64,000 nt of DNA from a virus (taxonomy: Duplodnaviria; Caudoviricetes). A model generated the notes under the pieces. The model had not been told where the DNA came from, did no database searches, and worked only from the letters and a program-made list of their open reading frames with translations. The position numbers and the translations under genes were made by a program. Of this stretch, positions 1 to 6,673 are shown piece by piece (within the stretch, counting starts at the first letter, position 1; each line of letters begins with the position of its first letter). The stretch covers positions 1 to 64,000 of IMG/VR virus record IMGVR_UViG_2937884906_000001. One strand, 5' to 3'.

Positions 1-345
1 ATGAACGAAAATATTAGGCCAACGGTGGACGAGCTGCTCGCCGTCAAGGCGAAGCTCGAACCGCTGGAGGCGCGCTACGAGGTTCTCAAGGAACTCATCC
101 GCCCCGCCGGCGCCGACACCTACGACGTCCCAGGCGTCGGCAAGGTGATCGTCTCGGCCCCAGTCGAGCGCAGGGCCAAGGGCTCGGAGATCGTGATCGA
201 CCACGCCAAACTCGAGGCGGCCGACCGAAAATTCAAAGCCAAGCTGTTCGAGCTTGGAATTCTGAAGACCGAGACCACTTATACAAGGGCCTCGAAAGCC
301 AAGGTCGAAGTCCAGCTCGCAGAGGAGGTCAAGAAAGCAGCGTGA
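1..345 (+). CDS. hypothetical phage protein
   Basis: 114-aa ORF with genome-typical codon use; stop overlaps next start (GTGA). Confidence 0.7.
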   Translation: MNENIRPTVDELLAVKAKLEPLEARYEVLKELIRPAGADTYDVPGVGKVIVSAPVERRAKGSEIVIDHAKLEAADRKFKAKLFELGILKTETTYTRASKAKVEVQLAEEVKKAA

Positions 346-944
346 ACGGCATACACTGGGAAGGCGACATCGCCTTTCTGCTGCAAGGCGAGAAGACAAC
401 AAGCGCCTTCAATTTTGAGATCCCATGTCCGTTCGAACCGAGCAAGAACCCTTGCGATCATCGCATCGATCTCCGAGCTGAAGTCGACCCTTCACGCTTT
501 CCCGCCGACCCGCTGGTAGACGCCATGTCGCCGGTGCCCCAGGAGATGGGGAACCAAGCGGTGTTCATCCCACAACCAGAACTCCACCTCATCCTTGCGA
601 TCCTGTCCAGGATGAGCAGCCCTACCCGACTCCCGATCGCTCCTTTCTGGAGCGTCAGACCTGACAAGATCATCAGATCCCTCGGATACACCAACGTCCA
701 GCCCCTCGTCCTGACCGGCGTGCGGGCCAAGGACAAGCGTTTCGTTGACCAGGTCCTGGAGGCGGCTCCGTACCTGCCCCGCCGGCTCGTCCTTCAGGGT
801 GAACCAACCCTCGTCCTCCGTCCCGAGGCGAGACGATCAACCAGTACTCTAGGGCAAGTGAATTTGGCCGACCTGATCGCCCTCCCCTGGGAGGCGTACG
901 GCGCCCATTTGCTCAAACAGCACATGCTCAGCAAAGGAAACTGA
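342..944 (+). CDS. hypothetical protein
   Basis: 200-aa ORF, GTG start coupled to upstream stop. Confidence 0.65.
   Translation: MNGIHWEGDIAFLLQGEKTTSAFNFEIPCPFEPSKNPCDHRIDLRAEVDPSRFPADPLVDAMSPVPQEMGNQAVFIPQPELHLILAILSRMSSPTRLPIAPFWSVRPDKIIRSLGYTNVQPLVLTGVRAKDKRFVDQVLEAAPYLPRRLVLQGEPTLVLRPEARRSTSTLGQVNLADLIALPWEAYGAHLLKQHMLSKGN
844..858 (+). promoter_or_regulatory. conserved phage motif copy (GTACTCTAGGGCAAG)
   Basis: Match to recurrent CCTA(T/G)AGTA core (reverse orientation), about 90 nt before the gene at 946. Confidence 0.5.
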
Positions 945-945
945 A

Positions 946-1335
946 ATGTCTATCGAACGTCAATCCAATGTCATCGCCGCCGTCTTCCACAACTCGGAAT
1001 ATGGCCGCTCAAAGCGGTACCATTATTTCTGCCCTTACCCGGTCGCGGTGGACGACCACGTCATCGTTGACAGCCCGATCGGCGGCTACACCTGCGTCAA
1101 GGTGGTCGACATCCTTCCGAATGGCTCGATAAAGGCGACCAAGCGCGTCATCCAAGTCGTCGATGACAGCGACTACAAGGCCCAGGCCGAGCGCGAGAAG
1201 CGAGTGGCCGAAATCGAGGCCGCGCTCGAACGGCGCACCAAGGAGTACTCGAAGCTCCAGTTCTTCAAGAAGATGGCCGAGATCGATCCCATCTCGAAGA
1301 AGCTGGTCGAGGAACTCGAGGCCCTCGCGGCATGA
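946..1335 (+). CDS. hypothetical phage protein (beta-rich N-terminus plus coiled coil)
   Basis: 129 aa, SD AAAGGA; KRYHYF...VDDHVIV pattern common in phage early/middle proteins. Confidence 0.75.
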   Translation: MSIERQSNVIAAVFHNSEYGRSKRYHYFCPYPVAVDDHVIVDSPIGGYTCVKVVDILPNGSIKATKRVIQVVDDSDYKAQAEREKRVAEIEAALERRTKEYSKLQFFKKMAEIDPISKKLVEELEALAA

Positions 1336-1646
1336 TCGACCACGACTTGAAAGTCCTGCGATCCGTCGCAGGTGACGACGACGCGATTGACGGGTGGGGC
1401 GCCGCTGTCGGCGCCTCGCTCGGCTACCTCCAGGGCTCCGGCTACGTGACCAGGGGTATGTGGCCGGAACCCACCGAGAAGGGCTGGAACTATCTCCGCG
1501 ACCAGGGGATCGAGATCTTCGGGAAGCTGGAGTTGTTCGACGGCCAGCTCCGGCGGGTCGAGGACGCCACCCGCCACGGCTGGTTCCGCTTCAACAAGCA
1601 CTACGACCGCGGTGGTTACTGCGACAGTCCAGCACGAGGATACTGA
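1332..1646 (+). CDS. hypothetical protein
   Basis: ATGA-coupled 104-aa ORF. Confidence 0.65.
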   Translation: MIDHDLKVLRSVAGDDDAIDGWGAAVGASLGYLQGSGYVTRGMWPEPTEKGWNYLRDQGIEIFGKLELFDGQLRRVEDATRHGWFRFNKHYDRGGYCDSPARGY

Positions 1647-1647
1647 C

Positions 1648-1935
1648 ATGGGATTGGAAATCGAACAGCTCCTTCGCGCCAAGGCGGAGGAGACGACACG
1701 TGATGCTGATCGCTACGCCCTGATCAAACGAGCCCTGCACTGGCTCGAGGACACTGGCCGGGACATCGACATCTTCCCCGAGTTCCGCGGCCACTACGCG
1801 TCGTCCTGCATCGGGTACAAGGACGTGATCAAGCTGCTCGACGAACACGTTTCGATGAAGATGAGCGCTGTGATCCAGACCGTCAGGGAAAGCGCTGAGG
1901 CCGAACTCAAAGCGCTGGATCAGAAGTATGGCTGA
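1648..1935 (+). CDS. hypothetical protein
   Basis: ATG at 1648 after GAGGA SD. Confidence 0.65.
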   Translation: MGLEIEQLLRAKAEETTRDADRYALIKRALHWLEDTGRDIDIFPEFRGHYASSCIGYKDVIKLLDEHVSMKMSAVIQTVRESAEAELKALDQKYG

Positions 1936-2293
1936 CCTCCTGTTTCCCGAGGAGCAGAAAGCCTCGGCCGCCGACGTCGATCTCTATGAGAGCCGAGCCG
2001 ACGACGGCTGGTATCGATACGAGGACAGCGCTTCCAACCGCACCAGCATCCACCTCTCCCGCTATCGCGTCCTGCGCGAGACGCCGAAGGGCGTCTGGCT
2101 CGACGACTACGGTCAGGGGCGCTTCGTCCTGAACGGCGCCGGTAAGCGCTGGGCTTACCCCACCATCGAACAGGCGCGCGAGTCATTCCTGATCCGCAAG
2201 CGCCGCCAGGTCCAGCACCTGAAACATTACCTTGCGCACGCCGAGATCGTGCTCGCAGCAGCGGAGAAATTCTTCAATGCACCACAAGGGTAA
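1928..2293 (+). CDS. hypothetical phage protein
   Basis: 121 aa; RETPKGVWLD...KRWAYPT...A..SF motif familiar from phage hypothetical proteins. Confidence 0.7.
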   Translation: MADLLFPEEQKASAADVDLYESRADDGWYRYEDSASNRTSIHLSRYRVLRETPKGVWLDDYGQGRFVLNGAGKRWAYPTIEQARESFLIRKRRQVQHLKHYLAHAEIVLAAAEKFFNAPQG

Positions 2294-2672
2294 ATCTGAC
2301 AAGGAACTCCTCTGGGAGGTGATCCGGGAGCGCGATCGCGCGCTTGGCGAGCGTGACGCGTACAAGCTGGCCTGCAAGCGGGCCGGCGTCTGCATGAGTT
2401 GTGTGATCCAGCCTCCGGAGCCGTACGGCTGCTCGGATTGCATGAACACCGGCTGGCAGCAGGGTGATCCCTACGAGCGGATCAAGGAGTTGGCGGCGGT
2501 CGTCAAGATGACGCTGGATTGGGCTGAGAAGCGCTGCCCTTGCCACAACGAGGAGCCGAACCCATGCACCCTCTGTGGTGCTTCGGTCGAGAACCTCGAA
2601 GCCTGCAAATCGGCAGAGAACACGGTCCCTCCGATCATCCTTGACGAGCTTCGACATGTCCGAGCTCGCTGA
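2277..2672 (+). CDS. Cys-rich hypothetical protein (putative Zn-binding)
   Basis: CMSC, CSDC, CPC, CTLC pairs. Confidence 0.65.
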   Translation: MHHKGKSDKELLWEVIRERDRALGERDAYKLACKRAGVCMSCVIQPPEPYGCSDCMNTGWQQGDPYERIKELAAVVKMTLDWAEKRCPCHNEEPNPCTLCGASVENLEACKSAENTVPPIILDELRHVRAR

Positions 2673-2910
2673 CCAACTAGAAGCCGCCCGCGCCGAGGTC
2701 GCCCGCATAGAGCGCGAGATCGCCCAGGGGCCGTGCCGTGAGCACGGCCACCAGTGGCAGTCCTATGGTGGGTCCAACGCAGGATGCACCCCGGACTGCT
2801 GGTGCTCCGTCCCGGTCAACGTCTGCTCGAAGTGTGGCGACTGCGACTACGGCGACAATCAGGAAGCGGACGAGGTCCGCAGGAACTGCAAGGATTTGAT
2901 GAATGGATGA
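2656..2910 (+). CDS. Cys-rich hypothetical protein
   Basis: Short coiled coil then C..H.H.W, CSKCGDCD. Confidence 0.65.
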   Translation: MSELADQLEAARAEVARIEREIAQGPCREHGHQWQSYGGSNAGCTPDCWCSVPVNVCSKCGDCDYGDNQEADEVRRNCKDLMNG

Positions 2911-4528
2911 TGGTGTATCGCTCCGCGATTACCAGATCGCCGACCTCGCCTACTATATCCGCAATCCGAAGTGGCTGAACCTGTCCGACCCGGGCACGGG
3001 GAAGACCCCCTCGGTCTGCGTGTATCAGTGGTGGCTGTGGAAGGAGCATGGCGTAGGTTCTGCGTTCGTCATGCCCCTTTCCCTGCTCAAGAAGAACAGG
3101 GACGAGATCCTCCGCTTCACGAACTTCAAGCCCGATGAGGTGACGATCGTCACGGGGCTGCGGCCTCTGTCCCCCGCCCAGAAGAAGCTGGCCGAGACCC
3201 TGATGGAATGGGATCACAGCCGCAGCAAGTACAAGCTGATCGGCTCTCAGAATGCCAGCTTCAAGGCCCTCCGCGAGACCGGCGTGGCCCGTGCGGACAT
3301 GACCATCGACCGCCGAATGCTCCAGGCCCGCACCAAGCTGCCCTATGAGCTCGCCAACCCTGGCAACACCAAGGTGTTCCTGATGGGCTTCGATGCCTTC
3401 TCGACCCACTGGGAGGCGCTGCCTGACTTCGTCAAGGCGGTTCAGGTCGACGAGATCCACAAGGGATACAAAGGAGATGCCTCGCAGCGCACGCAGGGCT
3501 TCTACGACAGCTTCTTCCGCGGGCCGATGGAGTATTTCGGCGGCATGACCGGCACGCTCGTCTCCGGCCGCCTGGACAGCGCCTATCCGGCGATCCGCAT
3601 CATCGAGCCGCGCTACTATCCCTCCTACAAGGGCTTCTACTACTACCACTCGATCGAGGACCCGATCACCGGGAAGCTCAAGGCCTGGCGCAACCACGAA
3701 AAGCTGTCGGCGATCTTCGGCAAGCACGGCATCCGCCGGACGTTCGAGATGGTCTACGGCAAGGAAGCCAAGGTCATCATCCCCGAATACGTCCAGATGT
3801 CCGAGAAGCAACGCGAGATCTACGACAAGTTCAAGGACGACGCATTTGTCGAACTCGACAAGTTCTATCTCGACGGCACCCAGCCGGGTGTCGGCTTCAT
3901 CCGCGCCCGCCAGATCATGGAGCACCCGAACGCGTTCCCGGATCTCTCCGACCCTGAGAGCGGGAAGACGATCGACATCATGAAGGGTGCCCGCTGCGGG
4001 AAGGAGGAACGCCTCGATCTCCACTTCGAGGACCACGCCCGCACCGGCAAGCCAGTGATCGTCTACGCCGCCCTCAAGCCCCAGCAATATCGGATCCTGG
4101 AGCTGGCCCGCTCCTACGGACTGAAGGCAGACATCCTGAATGGCGACGTTACGCCTAAGCAGCGCGGTGAGATCGACCTGGCGTTCCGTGAGGGGCGCCT
4201 GAACTGCATCATCGCCTCGCCGGCCGTCGCCGACGTCGGCTTCAACTGGCAGTTCTGTGGGGATCAGGAGGTCGATCACATGATCTTCGCCTCGCTGGAC
4301 TTCCTCGACACCACGGTGTTGCAGGCCTACCGGCGTGCAATCCGCGGCAAGCGTGGCTCGCCGTTGCGCATCACGGTCCTGCTGTACGAGGACAGCCTGG
4401 ATAACCGGATCACGTTCATCATCTACCAGAAGAGCTTGGACGCTCACAAGGTGGATCCGACGCACGAGGTGCTCAAGCTTTACGAGCACAACATCGAAGG
4501 AGGAGAGGAACTAAAAGAGGCCGCATAG
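2903..4528 (+). CDS. superfamily 2 (SNF2-like) DNA helicase
   Basis: Walker A DPGTGKT, DEIH box, SPAVADVGFNW (motif V), RRAIRG (motif VI). Confidence 0.9.
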   Translation: MDDGVSLRDYQIADLAYYIRNPKWLNLSDPGTGKTPSVCVYQWWLWKEHGVGSAFVMPLSLLKKNRDEILRFTNFKPDEVTIVTGLRPLSPAQKKLAETLMEWDHSRSKYKLIGSQNASFKALRETGVARADMTIDRRMLQARTKLPYELANPGNTKVFLMGFDAFSTHWEALPDFVKAVQVDEIHKGYKGDASQRTQGFYDSFFRGPMEYFGGMTGTLVSGRLDSAYPAIRIIEPRYYPSYKGFYYYHSIEDPITGKLKAWRNHEKLSAIFGKHGIRRTFEMVYGKEAKVIIPEYVQMSEKQREIYDKFKDDAFVELDKFYLDGTQPGVGFIRARQIMEHPNAFPDLSDPESGKTIDIMKGARCGKEERLDLHFEDHARTGKPVIVYAALKPQQYRILELARSYGLKADILNGDVTPKQRGEIDLAFREGRLNCIIASPAVADVGFNWQFCGDQEVDHMIFASLDFLDTTVLQAYRRAIRGKRGSPLRITVLLYEDSLDNRITFIIYQKSLDAHKVDPTHEVLKLYEHNIEGGEELKEAA

Positions 4529-4543
4529 AAAACAATCACACCG

Positions 4544-4558
4544 GTACTCTAGGACAAG
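4544..4558 (+). promoter_or_regulatory. conserved phage motif copy (GTACTCTAGGACAAG)
   Basis: Intergenic; 14/15 identical to the copy at 51572-51586. Confidence 0.6.
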
Positions 4559-4562
4559 AAGA

Positions 4563-4591
4563 AAAGGCCCGTCGTAATTCGACGGGCCTTT
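4563..4591. terminator. intrinsic terminator (possibly bidirectional)
   Basis: AAAGGCCCGTCG-TAATT-CGACGGGCCTTT then T-rich tail. Confidence 0.8.
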
Positions 4592-4650
4592 CTTATTTCA
4601 AGTTCACCGCACGAAGCGGTGTTGAAAACGCAAACACGAAGGAACTGTTC

Positions 4651-5322
4651 ATGAACAATATCGACAATGCCATCGCTCAGGCTACCCAAGCCGCCGCTGC
4701 CATCCCCCAGGACAACGCTCAGCACAACGGCGCCAACGCCGTTACCACTGCTTCGCCGAGCCAGGGTGCGGTCGCGCAGGCTGGTCGCCCGATGGGCCTG
4801 GACGACGCGATGGCGGGTGCCGTCGTTGTCGACGAGTGGCTCAAGGTCAACGAGCATGGCCTGCAGATCGGCGCGAAGAAGCCGCTTCTGGAGGAAATGA
4901 AAGTCCGGATCGACCTGAGCGACGTCGCCTACAGCGAGTCGGTCAAGTACGGCAACCCGGCGACCTACCGCAAGACCTACGACCGCGTGATGACCACGGA
5001 CGGTTCGACCTGGGCTCAGGCCCTGTCGGAGGCCCGCGCGGTGGACCCGAAGGCCCGCCCGTACCGGTCGGCCGACATCCAGCTGGAACTGCTCGATGAC
5101 ATCAAGCTGAAGGACGAGACGGTCACCGCCGGCACGATCCTCGGCCACTCGTTCTCGACGACCGGCTTCAAGAGCTTCGCCAAGCTGGTGAAGCAGATGC
5201 AGAAGGACGGCAACGACCCGGCCGGCGACACGATCGACGTCACGGTGGGCTACCTGGAGCAGGCCTCCAACGGCAACACCTGGGGCATCCTCGACTTCCG
5301 CGACTACACGGTCGTTGGCTAA
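4651..5322 (+). CDS. putative single-stranded DNA-binding/replication protein
   Basis: 223 aa, low-complexity N-terminus, strongly biased codons, lies between helicase and exonuclease/polymerase; function inferred from position only. Confidence 0.45.
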   Translation: MNNIDNAIAQATQAAAAIPQDNAQHNGANAVTTASPSQGAVAQAGRPMGLDDAMAGAVVVDEWLKVNEHGLQIGAKKPLLEEMKVRIDLSDVAYSESVKYGNPATYRKTYDRVMTTDGSTWAQALSEARAVDPKARPYRSADIQLELLDDIKLKDETVTAGTILGHSFSTTGFKSFAKLVKQMQKDGNDPAGDTIDVTVGYLEQASNGNTWGILDFRDYTVVG

Positions 5323-5365
5323 CCGAGTTTAGCCGGGGCTTCTCATCCTTTCACCCGGCCAGCCT

Positions 5366-5392
5366 GGGCGGGACGCAAGTCCCGCCCTTTTT
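5366..5392 (+). terminator. intrinsic terminator
   Basis: GGGCGGGAC-GCAA-GTCCCGCCC-TTTTT. Confidence 0.85.
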
Positions 5393-5415
5393 GTTTCAAC
5401 TCCCGGAGAACAAAC

Positions 5416-5679
5416 ATGGATACCACCGAAGACAGCCAGACCGTGGCCGCTGGACAGCTGCGAGCTTTCATCGAGCGCATCGAGCGCCTCGAAGAGGAAA
5501 AGACCACGATCACCGACGACATCAAGGAGGTCTACGCCGAGGCGGGTTCCACCGGCTTTGACAAAAAGGCCATTCGCAAAATCATCGCCCGTCGCAAGCT
5601 GGACGCCGACGAGCGCCAGGAACAGGACTCGATCCTGGATCTGTACGAGGAAGCGCTCGGGATGGCGGCGGCCGACTGA
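5416..5679 (+). CDS. gapR: GapR / DUF2312 nucleoid-associated protein
   Basis: [19 protein letters not shown]...[10 protein letters not shown]...GFD.KAIRKII signature. Confidence 0.93.
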   Translation: MDTTEDSQTVAAGQLRAFIERIERLEEEKTTITDDIKEVYAEAGSTGFDKKAIRKIIARRKLDADERQEQDSILDLYEEALGMAAAD

Positions 5680-5906
5680 TGCAGCGCCGCTCCTTTCTCA
5701 AGGCGCTCGGGCTGGCTGCTGTCCTGCCCGCTTCGTCTGCGATCAAACCGGCGGCCAAGCCGCCGGTTCTGGTCACCGCCGACGAGGTCGCCGTCAAGCA
5801 GCTATCAGGGCTTGATCTGCAGCTAGGCACGATCACCGCCGGGACGCTCCGATACCCCGGCGGGGAGCTCAATCTCAACGCGCGTTACCTGGAGATTTTC
5901 GGGTGA
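5679..5906 (+). CDS. small Tat-signal protein with tail-fibre-like C-terminal segment
   Basis: MQRRSFLK twin-arginine motif plus hydrophobic stretch; VTADEVAVKQLSGLDLQLGTITAGTL. Confidence 0.7.
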   Translation: MQRRSFLKALGLAAVLPASSAIKPAAKPPVLVTADEVAVKQLSGLDLQLGTITAGTLRYPGGELNLNARYLEIFG

Positions 5907-6673
5907 TCCGCGTTTACGACATGAACTCGTACCTGCGTGTCGAGCTGGAAACGGATGTCTCCGGCTTGGCACCACGCAACTTCATGCAGGACGTGTTCGC
6001 CTGTCCCGATCCAGTCATCTGTGTTTGGGACGGACCCAAGGGAAGCCAGAAACGCCGCGAGATTTTCCCCGGCTACAAGGTCGGCCGTAAGGCACCGGAC
6101 ACCGGCATCTACAACGGCTTCCACCTCACTCAAAAGACACTGGAGCACTCGAAGGCGGTACAGATCAAGGTCCCCGGCTACGAGGCCGACGACGTGATCG
6201 CGCTACTTGCACGCCGCTACGCGGCCCGGGGTGCCCTGGTCGCGATCTACTCAAACGACAAGGACATGTGGCAGCTCGTCGGCGAGTTCCCCAAGAACGT
6301 CGTCTGTGGTGCCAACCCGCTGAAGGGCGTCGAACCCAAGGACACCCGCCTCTACAAAACCTGGGTCGGGGACAGCTCGGACAAGATCCCTGGCGTACCC
6401 CGTTTCGGCGAGAGCTTGTGGGAGGAGAACGGCCCACGGCGCCTCCAGCGCGCCACCGACATGATCTTCGCCGGCCAGGATGGCTGGCAGAAACAGATCA
6501 AGCTCCAGCCGAAGATGGTCAGCTGGCTCGAAGAGAACCCCGACCAGTTCAAGGCCTACTGGGACATCATCGGGTTCCTCGACGTGCCGGAAGACCTCGT
6601 CACTGAGCACACCATCATCGGTCAGCCCGATTTCTACAAGGCCGACCAAGCCCTCAAGGAGTTCATGCAATGA
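5903..6673 (+). CDS. 5'-3' exonuclease / flap endonuclease
   Basis: WDGPKG..RREIFPGYK, GYEADD, SNDKD, GDSSDKIPGV (PolI N-terminal/T5 D15-like acidic motifs). Confidence 0.92.
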   Translation: MIRVYDMNSYLRVELETDVSGLAPRNFMQDVFACPDPVICVWDGPKGSQKRREIFPGYKVGRKAPDTGIYNGFHLTQKTLEHSKAVQIKVPGYEADDVIALLARRYAARGALVAIYSNDKDMWQLVGEFPKNVVCGANPLKGVEPKDTRLYKTWVGDSSDKIPGVPRFGESLWEENGPRRLQRATDMIFAGQDGWQKQIKLQPKMVSWLEENPDQFKAYWDIIGFLDVPEDLVTEHTIIGQPDFYKADQALKEFMQ

